NCBI GenBank assembly: GCA_013239625.1 | Contig: MU056029.1 | Coordinates: forward strand, 248,001-312,000 | Reading direction: 5' to 3' | Length of the DNA stretch: 64,000 nucleotides | From: Lama guanicoe | Taxonomy: Eukaryota | Shown here: positions 1 to 13,634 of the stretch, one piece after another | Position numbering within the stretch: position 1 is the stretch's first letter | Layout: the number at the start of each line of letters is the position of its first letter | The notes under the pieces: model-generated | The model's input: the letters and a program-made list of their open reading frames with translations, nothing else | What the model was told of the DNA's origin: nothing | Databases searched by the model: none | Translations under genes and position numbers: made by a program

Positions 1-1109
1 AGAGTGGTCCTGGAGCCTCACAGGGAGGGACAGGGGACTGGGAGGAAAGGCCCGGGGGACACCCCAATGAGCAGATTCATGGGTCCACCGTGTTGGGTTT
101 GACTCCTGCCTCCACTCAGCAAAACTGCCCTTTCTTGTAGCTCTTAGTCCTAACCCGAAAACTGCTCTTTATTGTCTCTGGGCATCTCTGCAGGGCCCTC
201 AGGGTCCAGTCTGTTGCTGGGTCCACCATCAGCTTAGCCTGGTCTGACCTGAGAGAGCGTGGGATACGTTTTCCATTTTTCAGGGGAAACGAGCCACACA
301 TAGTATAAACTTACTGTCTATTCTCTGCTCATCTGTGCTCCAGGTGCTTCCTGGGGGTTGCACCACCCCTGGAGTTTCAGAAATAAATGTATGCTAAAAG
401 TGGACAAAAAGCAAAGAGTGATAGGGTCTTTGGTGCCTGGGAGAGAAATGGATTCCTGTCTGCTCACATTTTCAAGTAGTTATAGAATTTAAAACCTGCT
501 CTTTAAAACCCATGAACTCCATAACCCGGATAAGGCCCAACCTGTTCTTATTTTAGGATGCTATTTGAAATCTGTTCCATTAAAGGATAAAGCTTTTGCT
601 TCCTCGCTGGGTCCATTTCATCTTATCTGTTTGTTTCTTTCCTTTGCAAAGAGCCAAAGCAAAGGCAGGAATAAGCACTCCTCTGCCTGACCCTTTTTTC
701 TTGCATAGCAAAAGATCATTCTTACAAGCCTGGAGTGAGAAGAAAAGAAATCGGTCCTTCAGTGGAACTAGGCTGAGCTCCTGGGGCGAACCCCCTCCCC
801 AGGTTGGATTTAAAGATACCGTCTTGACAAACCTCTGTAGGATCTGACCGATCCGCCGAAGTTACTAAGGGCACATAGTCTTGGGGGGATTTGGTATTTA
901 TGCACTGGAGGGGGCTCTACATGCAGCCCCCCCATTAAGCAAGTCCACATGAACCCCGCTGGCCTTCCCCATGCACCTGCCTGACAGCAGGACTCAGCCA
1001 TTGCCTCTTTCCCCACAGACAGCCCACAAGTTTCTTCCCCATAAACCTTAAATGTCTTTCTTGCAAGCCCTTTTCCCTCCCTCCCTCCCTTCCTTCCTTT
1101 CCTTCTTTC

Positions 1110-1703
1110 TTTAAATTTTATTTTACTGCAGTAAGAACACTGAATATGGGATTTCCCTTTTAACACCTGTTCAGCCGTGCAATACAGTGCCATGGTCTCA
1201 GGTGTCACATGGTGCAGCCCGTCTCCAGAACCCATTCATCCTTCTTGGCTGAAACTTTATGCCTCTTGGTTGGTGACTTCCCATTTTCGCCTAACCCCAG
1301 GTCCTGGCAGCCACCATCCTGCTCTTGGAAGTCTATGAACTTGATTATTTCAGATCCCTCCTGTAAGCAGAACATGCAGCATTTTTCCTTCTGTAACTGG
1401 CTTGTTTCACTGAGCGTAATGTCCTCAGGGTTCATCCATGTGGTCACATATTGCAGAATTTCCTTGTCTTTTAAGGCTGGATAATATTCCACATATGTAT
1501 AGACCACATTTTGTTTATCCACTCATCTTATCAATGGACATTTAAGCTGTCTCCACACCGTGGCTGTTGCAGATAGCTCTGTAATGAACACGGGAGTGCA
1601 GGGGTCTCTTCAAGATCCTGTGGAAACCAGTGTGGAGGGTCCCCAGAAGACTAAAAGTAGAACTACCATGTGATCCAGCAATCCCATTTCTGGTTATTTA
1701 CCC
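1110..1703 (-). mobile_element. Old L1 (L1MA/MB-type) 3' fragment with an inverted 5' segment (1621-1703)
   Basis: ORF 1205-1522(-) resembles the L1 ORF2 C-terminus and 3' end. Segment 1621-1703 (TGGAAACCAGTGTGGAG...GTGATCCAGCAATCCCATTTCTGG) is the next L1 part in the opposite orientation. Confidence 0.85.
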
Positions 1704-1739
1704 TCTTCTGTTTTTGTATTAAACACATGTTTTTTCAAT

Positions 1740-2330
1740 TCTTTTTAAAAATTTTATTTTATTATTTATTTATTTATATTGAGTTATAGTCAGTTTACAA
1801 TGTTGTGTCTGTTTCTGGTGTATAGCACAATTTTTCAGTCTTACATGAATATACGTATATTCATTTTCATTTTCTTTTTCACTGTGAGCTACTATGAGAT
1901 CTTGAATATACTTCCCTAAACTATACAGTATAAACTTGTTCATCTATTCTGTATATACCTGTCAGTATCTACAAATCTTGAACTCCCAGTCTGTCCCTTC
2001 CCAACCCCCTCCCCCTGGCAACCACAAGTTTGTATTCTATGTCTGTGAGTCTGTTTCTGGTCTATATTTAAGTTCATTTGTCTTCTTCTAATTTTTTTTT
2101 TTTAGATTCCACATATGAGTGATCTCATATGGTTTTTTTTTTTCTCTTTCTGTTTTACTTCACTTACAATGACATTCTCCAGGGACATCCATGTTGCTGC
2201 AAATGGCATGTTGTCAGATTTTATGGCTGAGTAGTATTCCATTGTAGAAATATACCACAACTTCTTTATCCAGTCATCTGTGGATGGACATTTAGGTTGT
2301 TTCCATGTCTTGGCTGCTGTAAATAGTGTG
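1740..2330 (-). mobile_element. L1 3' end, 5'-truncated
   Basis: T-rich tail and L1 3'UTR. Degenerate TSD TGTATTAAACACAT / TGTATTGAGCACAT. Confidence 0.85.
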
Positions 2331-2363
2331 TATTGAGCACATTTTTAAAACCTCTTACCTTTT

Positions 2364-2685
2364 GTTAAAATTGAAGGATAGTTGGTTTATAAGGTTGTGT
2401 TAGTTTCTGGTGTACAGCATAGGGATTCAGTTATGTGTGTGTGTGTGTATATATATATATATACACACACAAACACATATATATACATATTCTTTTTCAC
2501 TATAGGTTACTACAAGGTGTGGAATATAGTTCCCTGGGCTGTACAGTAGGACCTTGCTGTTCATCTGTTTTGTATATAGCAGTTAATATCTGCTAGTCCT
2601 TAACTCTGTTTATTCCTGTATCACCCCTTTCCCACCGCTGGTAACCTTGAGTTTGTTTTTCTGTGTCTGTGAGTCTGTTTCTGTA
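2364..2685 (-). mobile_element. Short L1 3' end with internal (TG)/(TA) microsatellite
   Basis: L1 3'UTR motifs, flanked by AAAACCTCTTACCTTTT / AAAACCTCTTCCCTTTT. Confidence 0.8.
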
Positions 2686-4078
2686 AAAACCTCTTCCCTT
2701 TTTTTTTCCCATGAGAAATGCCATGTATTCTTTAAAAATTCTTGTTCAGTTTAGTATTATGACCATTTCTGAGCTGCTACTAAGTGTCTTGACAATGCAG
2801 CCTCAGCTGGGAGCTGGCGAGGAACGCAGGACCTGGCCAGACCACTGCGACCAAATCTGCATTTTCACGAGATTATTTTGAACCTTGGGTCATTTCATGG
2901 ACTCTCCCTCTAAGAAAGCAATCCCCCAGATGGAGGGGTTGGCTGCTGCCCGTTAAGCTACGATGATTTTCCCTGAGTCTTTGTTTTTAAAAGGAACTAG
3001 GAATTCCTGCACTTTTTTCTTTTTGATTTGTGGTCTTGCTTTCAGCTGTTAAAAAGGAGCTGGCGGTAGGCACTTTGCTGGCATATTGGCCAATTAGTTC
3101 CCCATCCTCCACATTATGCCCCTAATTTCCCTAAGGCAATCATGCCATTAGCTTCAACACAGTCAACAAAAAAGCACGCCAGGCCACTGGATAGAGAGGA
3201 TGAGCTGGAAACACCTCTCCACAGGGTTGTCTTCATTTTCCCACAGAAGACGGTGTCAACATATTTACAAAGCTGGCTGTGCATTACAGAGTGCATCCAC
3301 TGACTTGAGTCTGCAATATCCTTTTGTCCCTTTTGAAATCTACTGTGTAGTCCGAGCATGCACTGTGCATTAGAGAGGAATTTTTTTCTTCTGGACTCGA
3401 GTGCTTAAAGAAAGTTGGCCAGCTTCATTGCTGGTAACAAAAGCATATCTTTCTCTATGTAGGTCTCAGATGATACAGTCCCCAGTTCTCTCCAGATCAC
3501 CAAAAATAGAACAGGACAAGCCAAGATAAGCAGATGTCTTACCCCCACGTCCTAAACAAGGTATTTAAGCCCTGGAATTTAATAGCAAAGGGCATGATGG
3601 CTGAAATATCACTCCTGTCAGAGTCTTTCTTCATAAAGCTAGACAGGGGGCAGGTACCGGTTATTGCATTTGATATATGCACAACTTAAATACTGGATTT
3701 TAAAAAAATTTTAATGTTTTCAATTAAATTATTTTGCAAGTGGGGAACTTATTATTGGAGAAATCTTATGATAAGATCTCTTTATAAAGCAATCAATGTT
3801 TTAGGTTTATTTGACTGTAAAATCAATATAATAGAATTACAGGAAGTGTCAAAAATGATCAAAGCTGATCACCTGCCATCTCCTAACTTGAATGTGACTC
3901 GTTTCCATTATGCTTTTTCCTAGCTTTTGTGTATGACATATACATTCTACTTAGTTGAAACTACAGAATCCATGAGCATCAGATTTTTTCCCCTCACCCT
4001 ACTTCATTGTATCTTAAATTAACAGCCACTTTTTTATTACTGTACATTGAACTTGTTTCTAGTTTGTTACTGTGGTAG

Positions 4079-4716
4079 TGTTCGAGCAGGAGATAGCTAG
4101 ATATGAACAGAGAAAGGGGGACACAGACCAAACGGCAGGAATTGGGCAGGAAGGAGGGGCACAAGCCAAATGCAGGAAACCACACATCATGTCAGCACCA
4201 GGGGTCCCTGGGCAGAGAAAGCAAAGCAGGAACCTTTGGGCTGATTAGTGGTCACACCTTTTGGCCTGGAGACCCACAAAGAAGGGTCAGAAAAGGCAGG
4301 AATTTCCAGTGGCCGAATGTAACCTTTTGCTCATTATGACCTCATTTCAATAAAATTAGCCTTGCAGATCAGAAGTACCCATCATGCACCAATGCCATGA
4401 CACTTCTGATCCAGACTAAATAAGGACAAAAATCCCTCCTCCCTTTGGGAAGGTGGAGTTGGGATGATAATCAGGGAATATGACCCCAAACCCATCCCTC
4501 CCCAATGAATATTCCGCCCATTCATTTTTACACCCATGTAACCAACTTGCAAAGAGACTCAGGGCAGCCACTCACCTGAGCCTGCCCGCTTTCCCCTTGA
4601 GAGCTTCCCATCCACCCTTTAATAAATCCTCACTTTACTTTTTTTAACCTCTACATCTTCTCTGAATTCTTTCTGGGACAGGACAGGAAGCTGGGACACC
4701 AGTTGCACTGGCAACA
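4079..4716 (+). mobile_element. ERV1-class solo LTR, family A copy 1
   Basis: TG...CA termini, perfect 4-bp TSD GTAG (4075-4078, 4717-4720), AATAAA at 4621. Homologous to three other copies in the window. Confidence 0.9.
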
Positions 4717-5333
4717 GTAGTAGATGTGATGGATGTTTCCAGCCTCTCCCTCCACCCCTAATTACACACCTGTAATTAGTTCACAGCCACAGCAATAAAG
4801 TCAGCGTAGTCATTATATGAGCATACTGAGATCACTCAGTGGGACACTAGGATGATAACTTGGGAAAACTCGACTGCAAATGAAGAGACCTCCCCTAGCC
4901 TCTTTAAGTCTTCTGCAGAATAATTTTCTTAATAAATTCCCAGGAGCAGTATGCTCGGCCAGAAAATCCTTTCATTATTACCAATGTATCTAATGTTTTA
5001 TGTGATTTTTAAATTTTTTTTTTAATATTTTGAATTTGTTTCAATGAGGCCACTGGTTGTGACATAACATTTCCTAGCTCCTGTTCCCCTGGTTCATAAG
5101 AATGGCCTCTTTGTGAACCTTTCCATTTGGTGTCTTCTACATGGATTCACGTGCATGAATCAGGTAATTTCTACAGAACAGGGTTTTCAGAAACCAATGT
5201 GGTGAATGCAGCACACATACTATTAGAAGAGACACCTTTCTTTGGCAAATTGAGGTGTAAGTGCTGATTCTCTGCCCTGTAAGATCCCAAAGCAGAAAAT
5301 AAATACCCATATTCTTGGATCTGCCATTAGCAG

Positions 5334-5818
5334 TGTAAACTGAAAGAAAACGCACAACCTAAAAGCTGACAGACATTTGGCGGACATTTCTGAGGACTGA
5401 ATCCCTTTGAGCCCCGACGGCGACCTCCCAGATCGCTCTGAGGGACTGCTCCGAAGAGGTAGGGGCGGAGCCAGGATATGTAGGAGCTTTACAGCAAAGA
5501 CCAGGTAGTCGGAATGTTAATGAGTACTGTTAAAGAAAGCCAGGCATGTCTAGTTAAATAATTTAGCACTTTTCTAGGTATAGGAAGGAGCACACATCTG
5601 GGCTCACTGAATTCATCCCTTTGACAAGCACCTGGCTATCTAGGGCCAATGTCCTGTCCTTTCTTATTCCAAGTCCCCTCAGAGGCACCACTATGAGTGG
5701 CTGCAGAGGCCGGGCTGCAGGCTTGTCTTCACTGCGGTGGATGGCAGCAGCCGCTGATGACTTGATGGCTTCAGCATTCTGTGTTTACTGATATGTCTTG
5801 CAATATTTTTCGTTCACA
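5334..5818. mobile_element. ERV solo LTR, family B copy 1
   Basis: TGTAAACTGAAAG...TTCACA termini, near-TSD GCAG/GGAG. Homologous to 5855-6295 and 52204-52706. Confidence 0.8.
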
Positions 5819-5854
5819 GGAGTTAGTGTCTGTGGGGCATTTCAACCTTACTTC

Positions 5855-6295
5855 TGTCAACTGAAATAAAATGCACGACCTAAAAGTTGAGAATTATGTT
5901 TTATTTGGTGGACTTTCTGAGGACTCAAACCCGGGAGGCGGCCTCCCAGATCGCTCTAAGAGACTGTTCTGCCCACATAAGTGAGGAGCCAGGATGTATG
6001 GGAGTTTTTGCAATAAAGACCAGGTAGTCAGAACATCAAAAGATTACTGTTAATTAAAGAAAACCAGGCATCTCAAGTTAAGGAGTTGAGCACTTTTCTA
6101 TGCACGGGAAGGCGCAAAGATCTGGGTTCACTGGCGACATTCCTTTGGGATGCACCTAGCTGTTTAGGGCCAGTGTCCTGTCTGCACATCCTGAGTTCCC
6201 TTCGCTCACTGATGGGGACGGCAATAGTGGCTGATGACTTGATGGCCACAGCATCCGTTGTTTACTGACATGGCCGGCAATAGGTTTCATTCAGA
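5855..6295. mobile_element. ERV solo LTR, family B copy 2
   Basis: Starts TGTCAACTGAAATAAAATGCAC, near-TSD CTTC/CGTC, same orientation as copy 1. Confidence 0.8.
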
Positions 6296-6554
6296 CGTCT
6301 TACAGAAGGTAGCCAATTACAAACAAAAAGACAACACTGTGGGTCTTCCTAGAAGGTAGGTACTTGCTGGTGGCTCTGAAGTGAGTCACCCACACTCTTC
6401 TGTCTGTCAGGCAGGTGAGTGACTCTCATCTAATCTGAATATTTGGGAAAACCAGCCATGCCTTCCTGGGACAGCCATATGCCTGAGCCTCAGACCGTGA
6501 GACTTCTGAGGGGATGGGTCTGACTATCTTGCTTCTTTTCCTCATTAAGTAGTG

Positions 6555-6556
<2 letters not shown>

Positions 6557-6586
<30 letters not shown>
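6557..6586. repeat. (GT)n microsatellite
   Basis: Read directly. Confidence 0.95.
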
Positions 6587-6589
<3 letters not shown>

Positions 6590-6696
6590 CATGCACTTGG
6601 AGAAAAGCACACACAAAATAAATGTAGAATTCAGCACATATCTTCTAAAGAACACCTAAATCCAAAAACAGAATACTTGTGTTTCTGAAAGGACAC

Positions 6697-7198
6697 TGTA
6701 TTCATTTTCTATTGCTGTTGTATCAAATGATCACAAGCTTAGTGACTTGAAACAGTGCACATTTGTTATCTTATTGTTATAGAGATCAGAGTTCCTAAAA
6801 TCAAGGTGGCGGCAGAAGGGCCTTCCTTCCTGGAGGCTTCAGGGGAGAATCTGTTTCCTTCCCTTTTCCAACTTCTAGAGGCCACCTGCATTCCTTGGTC
6901 CATGACCCGTTCCTCATCTTTAAGGCTGTTGCTATGGCCCATCGAGTCTTTCTCACAGGGCAGCACTCTGACCTTGCTCTTGTCACCCTCTCTGATTCTG
7001 ACTTTCCTGCCTCCCTTCTCTTTTAAGGATCCTCGTGATTGTATCAGGCCTCTGGGATAATTCAGGACAATCTCCTAGTCTCAAGCTCCTTAACCTTAAT
7101 CACACCTGCAATGTCCCCTTTGCCATGTTTATAGAATTACAGGTTTTAGAACATTAGTGCTTGGACATCTTTAGGGAGCCGTGGCTCTGTCCACTGCA
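6697..7198 (-). mobile_element. MLT1 (ERVL-MaLR) LTR
   Basis: Typical MLT1 ends (TGTATT...TTTCTATTGCTG...CACAAGCTTAGTGACTTGAAACA; GGACATCTTTAGGGAGCC). Confidence 0.8.
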
Positions 7199-7349
7199 TT
7201 AACACTATCCTAACTTTCTGCATTATGATTTGTACTGCCTGAAGTTACACTGTATGTTCTTTTTGTGTCTGTCTTTTTTCCCCCCTTCAACCTGGTGTGA
7301 GATTCATTATGTAACTCTAGTTTATTGATTCCTTACTATAATAGTCTAG

Positions 7350-7700
7350 TCTTACCATATGATATCACTTATATGTGAAATCTTTAAAAAAAATGACACA
7401 AATGAACTTATTTAAAAAACAGACTCACAGACATAGAAAACAAACTTATGGTTACCAGGGGAGAAAGGAAAGGGGCAGAGGGATAAACTGGGAGCTCAAG
7501 ATTTGCAGATACTAACTACTATATACAAATAGATAAACAGCAAGGTCCTACTATATAGCTTAGGGAATTATATTCAATATCTTGTACCCATAATGAAAAA
7601 GAATATGAAAATGAATATATATATGTATAACTGAATCACTACACTGTATGCTATTAACTAACACAACCTTGTAAACCAACTATACTTCAGTAAAAAAAAT
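7350..7700 (+). mobile_element. L1 3' end
   Basis: ACAGACTCACAGACATAGAAAACAAACTTATGGTTACC motif and A-rich tail. Confidence 0.85.
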
Positions 7701-8019
7701 TTTGTGTATACCCTGTAAGTGAATGGATATTTGGGTCCCCAGCTCTGTGCTTTTATAAGTGTTGAACATCCTTGAGCCTGTATCTTGATATTTCTATGAG
7801 AGGCAATGTTGGGTAAGAGAATGCACCACAAATGATGTGAACATACATCCTGATTTGCCTGAAACAGCCTTGACTTACGCCTGCTGTCCTGGTGTCCTAT
7901 CTGGTTACAGCCTTCATTCACTCTCCAAAATATGGTCATCCTAGTCACAGTGAATGCTTATTTTCAACGTCAAGAAATTATTGATGCAAGATAGTTTCTA
8001 AACTGATGGTGATTTATGC

Positions 8020-8900
8020 TCCACATCCTCACCAACATTTATGATCGACCATCTTTTCCATGAATTTGCATTTCCCTGATTACTAATAAGGTTGAGAAAC
8101 CTCTCATATATTTATTGTCCATTGGAAGAATAAATCTTCTGGGAAATCCCTGTATGACTCACTTTCCCTTTTTTCAATGGACTCATCTATCTTGCTCTTA
8201 TTGATTTGTTAGGAATGCTTTTGATATTCTGGGTATGAGTCTTTTGCTGTTTACATAAATTGCAAATATCTTCTCTCAGTCTCTGGCTTGCCTTTTCACT
8301 TTTAATTTGAATGTAGTTTGAAGTATCAATCTTTGCCTGTATAATTAGCCCTTTTGGTGTTCCATTTAGAAAATCTTTCCCTGACCCCAGGGTCATAAAA
8401 ATATCTTCCTTTATTACTTTCCTGATGATTTATTGTTTTGCCTTTTCTATTTAGACCTATGATATACTGAAACTTGATTTTTGTGTAAGGGGGGTTCAGC
8501 TTTAGTTTTATTCTTCAAAAAGTCTCAGCATCATTTATCTAAAGTACTATCTTATTTTTCATTGTTTGCTCTACCAGGCTTTCAAAAATCAAGTGTTAAA
8601 AATATGCGTTGGTTTGTCTCTGGACTTTCTATTCTGCTTCATTAGTCCAGTTGTCTGTTTTTCTAACAGTATCACTCTGTCTTAACTACTGCAGTTTTAT
8701 AATAAATTATGAAATGTAGAAGAGGAAATCCTCCCCCATTGTTTTGTTTTCAGGGTGTTTTAACTATGCTTGGCTCTTTGATCTCCATTTAGATTTCAAA
8801 TTATATTATTAATGACCTTCAAAAGCTTTGCTGAAGTTGCATAAATCAGCTTAGGAAGATCTTACATTTTTAACAATATTGCATTTTTTAATATGAGATT
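8020..8900 (-). mobile_element. Ancient L1 ORF2 remnant
   Basis: ORF 8187-8396(-) (LGSGKDFLNGTPK...KIDTSNYIQIK) resembles L1 ORF2. Confidence 0.75.
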
Positions 8901-9039
8901 GTTTTTAAATAAAGGAGAAAATGTCAATAATACTTAAAAATACTGCAATTCTACATTACTAAAAGAGACTCTGACTTGGTATTTGAAGTTGGGAAGTCTG
9001 GCTCAGGAGTTGCTCTCCTGAAGCATTTACCCAGCCTTG

Positions 9040-9500
9040 CCTGTAAATTTTTTCTTAAACAAACTAAGATTTTTTTTCTCAGTGAAAAGAGAATATGGAA
9101 GTAGGCAGCTGCTGGTAGAGGTCCAGAATTTCCAAGTCATAATTTATGTCTCTTTTGTTGTCTTTGTCTTTCTCTCATGGTCACAAGATGGCTGCCATGC
9201 TCCGTGCATCTCAGATGCATGGCAGGCAGAACAAAGTAGGGGAAAGGGAGGCATCAGCAATGTCTCCTCTGTTACTAAGGATGCTCTTCCCTACCCACAC
9301 TACCTCCAACAGGCAGACATGTCCCTCCATCAGAAAAGGTGCCCTTCTGTAGTAGTGGAAGATGAGGGAGACTGTAGGAGGGAGATGGTGCTGAGTGAAG
9401 CTGTCCACAGAATCAGTCTCAGCTTTCAAGACTTGGGCCCGGGCTACAGCAGGGAACCACCACAGCACGCCACATTAGAATGGGCTGTAGTTAGAGATCA
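9040..9500. mobile_element. Old MLT1-type LTR remnant
   Basis: CTCATGGTCACAAGATGGCTGCC motif typical of old MLT1 subfamilies. Confidence 0.5.
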
Positions 9501-12274
9501 CTGAAAAGTACCATTTTCCTTTCATTCTTTTGGAAACTTTCTAGGGTCTCCTACTACAAGTGAAATATTTAAAGTTGCATCATTTTGTTTCTTGGTCTTT
9601 ATTTAAATTAAACTTAATTTGGTCCGTCAGAAATGTTACATTAGAAGAATTACTTCTGATATTCCAAAAGCAGAGAACTTTTTGTGTTTATCTCTGTGAC
9701 TCCCCACAAAAAATAAAATCTACCCCTGCTAAACAGAGGAGAGAATCAGTAAACGTTTATTGTTTGAATTGAATTTATGTAAAAGTAGTGCAAGGAAATG
9801 ATACAGTTGATACTAAAATTGGGTAAAAATGGGCAATGGAAAGCATTAAATCATCTCAATAAAGAGACAAAATGTGGATCAATTGCCTGAGCCTTGAAAA
9901 CGTCCAAGATTAAAGTCTTTACAAAAGAATAAAATTTCTTTACGCTGGTCATTAGTGTAGCACCTCCCACCTTTTCTCCCCACCAGTCCCTTAACCAAGA
10001 ATTTGGTCTTATGAGAAGCTGTGACCTAGTCAGCAGCAACTACTTCAAAGAATGAATCTTCTTCCCTCCACAGAGGAAGTATAAGGATGCCGGATTGCCA
10101 TGAGACTATTCACACGGGCTTTTCAACATACTTTTTACATCACTGTACGGAGCACAAGAACAATGCAGATTGCATGTTGCACAAGGACAGCGAGCAGGAG
10201 TCTCTGCCTGGTGGTGACGTGACGGCAGGCTGATAGCTCAAAGTCCTCTGAGCTTCTTCCATGAAGCAGGTAATTGATGGTGGTGGTTTTAAACCAAGCA
10301 TGAGTTTGTGATGAGGGGAGAGAGTTGATCAATTTTAAAGAGGAAAGGAAGGGAGGGAGGAAGGGAGGAAAGAAAGAAGGAAGGAAGGAAATGAAGGGGA
10401 AAAAAGGGGAAAAAACATGGCTTAGAACTGAAGACCCTTGACTTCCTTTTCCACTTCCATCACTAATTGTACAAGCTTTAGTTAGATCGTTCCATCTCTC
10501 AATGCCTGAGTTGAAATGGAAGCAAGAGAGCTTCTTTCTGAATTTATTCTAAGGGGACCGTGCTCTGAATTATTTGAAGGATAAGGCTGGATTGACTGAC
10601 TGATTGACCACATATCCCTGCTTCTTTTGTCTCATGCCCCTCTGGTTTAGCCAGATTCTCAGATCTGCTCCTTCTCTGCAGGCTGCTTTGCTGTATCAAA
10701 GGTGGCCTATTTTCAAGACCTGGGCTGTGTGCCAAGGTTTGGTGAATAACTCAAGAGGGAAGAGTCTCATTCCTCCTCTCTGTTTCATCGGGGTCAGGCT
10801 GAAAATGGCATGTAAGGCAAAGAGGACACATTTACCCACTATATTGCTAGCCTGTGACATAGAGCTAACGAGGGAACCTGGTCCACTCAGAAGCCAACGG
10901 GACATTCCCATTACCCTAGTCATCACCGGCTTCTCCCTAAACCTCCTCTCCGAGTTTTTCTTTTCCCTTGGCCCCTCATCAGATTGCAGCTTCTCATCCT
11001 TCAAGCCATGTCTGTCCTGTTTGCACTCTCCTCTCCCCTTCTCCAGTTCAATGCCCCTCTCTTTCTCTGTCTCTGACCTTCTCTTCCTTCCACTCTCTCC
11101 CTGTGGCCCTTCCCTTTGATTCTCTGCTCTCATTTTCTCTTTGATCTTTCTCTGGGTTTGTTCCTTAAGCTGCTAGTATCATTCATGGATCTTGAAGGAG
11201 ATATGGACTCTCAGAATTATCAGGGAGCTCTGGAGACAGTCAGCCAGCCCCTACCTGATGCCTGGGGACAGGAACCAAAAGATCATGAAGCTCAGACCAG
11301 CGTCATGAAGAGAGGCCACTGGAAGGATCAGGATAGTAAGTCCAAGTTGTGATTGTGGCCATGTGTCTGTTTTATTAATTCCCTCACTCGGTTTTGACTG
11401 AATCCCTTCTTCCAGACAATGCGCCAGACACTGCGCCAGACACTGGAATAAAGAAATGAGGATGTTACTTCTTCCGGAAGGGCATTAAGTTTGTTCTATG
11501 GCCCTTTTCCCCAGAATTGTCCAATTAATTTTCATGCTTTTTAAATAAAGAAGAGTAACAGGTGTGGGATGAAACACTGACACATACAGTCATTAAATGA
11601 TTTCAGCAAATGCCCAGTGATTTGACCATTACTACAAGCAGTGAGGAAAGGTTGTAATCCAAAAAGTGCACAATTATATTAGGATAGAGAAGGCCTGGCT
11701 CAGATCCCAGATGAATTACATCCTTTCACAGGTGACCAGAGGTCACCTTCAGAAATGTACACAGAATTCTTTAAATGACATTTTCTATAATGTGGTAAGC
11801 CTCTCCATAAGTCATTAAATATACTCATATGATATAACCTTTATCCATCTTTTGAAAGAACTTTTGAGATAAGGTCTGAAGTGGGCCTGGCCTTGACTGG
11901 TCCTGCCATCCTTCCGGAAAAGGGAACTTGTGAACAATTTAACTACTTTGTTAAGCCACTTAAATGATAAATATTGTAACTGTGTCAGGCACCTTCTACC
12001 TTTCCCAAGGAGCACGTGACATAGCCCACTGTCAAGTCAATGAAATTTCCTGGCAAAACCAACACAGTGATTCTATGCAGTTATACATTTTGGTTTAGGA
12101 TCCATGGAATTACTGATTTTGTTGCAAAATTGTATCCCAATAAATCCCCTTCAACAATAATTTCCAGGTTTGAGATAGTGCAAAGGATTAAAACTCCTCT
12201 TTTAAATGTACATGCTTTTTGACAACGCGAACATGTTAAAATTTTAGGAGCTGTTTTTTGGGGGGATTTCCTGT

Positions 12275-12712
12275 TATTTATTTATTTATTTATTTGTTTG
12301 TTTATTTATTTATTGAAGTATTTATTGGAGTTGACAATGTTGTGTCGGCTACTGGTGTACAGCATAATGTTTCAGCCATGCATGTACATACATATACTCC
12401 TTTTCATATTGTTTTTCATTGTAGGTTACTACAGGATATTAAATATAGTTCCCTGTGTTATACAGTATAAATTTGTTGTTTATCCGTTTTATATACAGTA
12501 GTTAGTCTCTGCAAATCTCAAACTCCCAACTGATCCCTTCCCACCCCTTCCCCTCCTGGTAACCATAAGTTTTTTTCTATGTCTGTGAGTCACTTTTGTA
12601 AGTACATTAATTTGTGTCTTTTTTTTTTTTTAGATTCCACATATAAGTGACATCATATGGTATTTTTCCTTCTCTTTCTGGAGTACTTCACTTAGAATGA
12701 CGATCTCCAGGT
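12275..12712 (-). mobile_element. L1 3' end with (TTTA)n tail
   Basis: Same 3'UTR type as 1740-2330 and 28510-29437. Confidence 0.85.
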
Positions 12713-13634
12713 CTTGATGGTTTCTATCTCCTGAGGGCTTATCACAGTGCCTGCTCATCTCAAGCAGGTGACTAATAGATGAGGATGGCTGACTCTACCT
12801 GGTCCATCGATTCACCAGATTGGGTTATTTCCCAGCAGTATTGATTAAACTCTCACCTGTGCACCACACATCTGATTTTCCAGAATTCACGATTCCTGGG
12901 CCAGTGAGCTGCTCTCCTCCGTGCCAGGTGTGCTGTTCCGTGCTTTCAGAGGACATCTGCACATGCATGTGATGCTCCTCCAGGAGAAAGAGGTGTCGAG
13001 AGGACAAAGTTGGATAAAGAGAATAATGAACAGCACAGTAAAAAACGCTGTTATGTCAGTGAATAAGATATTAACCCTGTGCTGTAAAATTAAATGCTCT
13101 CTTTGAAAGTCTCCTAAATCTCCTGTGACAAGCACGTGGAAAATGGATCAGGAATAAGGAATTGAAAAGGATTCTGAAACAAATGCCAATGGGACACAGT
13201 AGATGTAGAAATGGAAAGGAAAGTGGAGGACTTAAGGAAGGTAAGTCAGCAGAAAGGAATTAAAAGTGAGGAAAAGGAACTATAATGTCCTTAAATTAAA
13301 ATGCTTTAATGAAAGGCTAAGCCCTGACAGAGATGTTTCGATTACCCTGTGATCCTGATTATAGACCAACATAAAGAACATGCTCTCACTGACACAGTTG
13401 GCTCAGCTTCGATGTGATATCTGTGGAATTCAAAACACTTTATCGAGCACACGGAAAAGGAAGGCGGACACACTCTTCTTGTACTTTACTTGAACCCCAT
13501 TATAGGAGGAGTGGGAAAGAAAGGAAGAGGAGAACAAAAAATCAAAAAAGACATCATTTAGCTAGTTTTTTTCCATGTTGTCTCAACGTCTCATCTAATC
13601 CTCAGCCCAAACACACAAGCTAACTATTTTGTAG

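Noticed and set aside
10604..11133. Overlapping 171 aa and 145 aa ORFs
   Set aside because: Driven by a CT-rich low-complexity tract, with non-ATG starts and no recognisable homology.
11730..11748. Palindrome AGGTGACC-AGA-GGTCACCT as an oestrogen response element
   Set aside because: The half-sites are everted relative to GGTCAnnnTGACC, and there is no other support.
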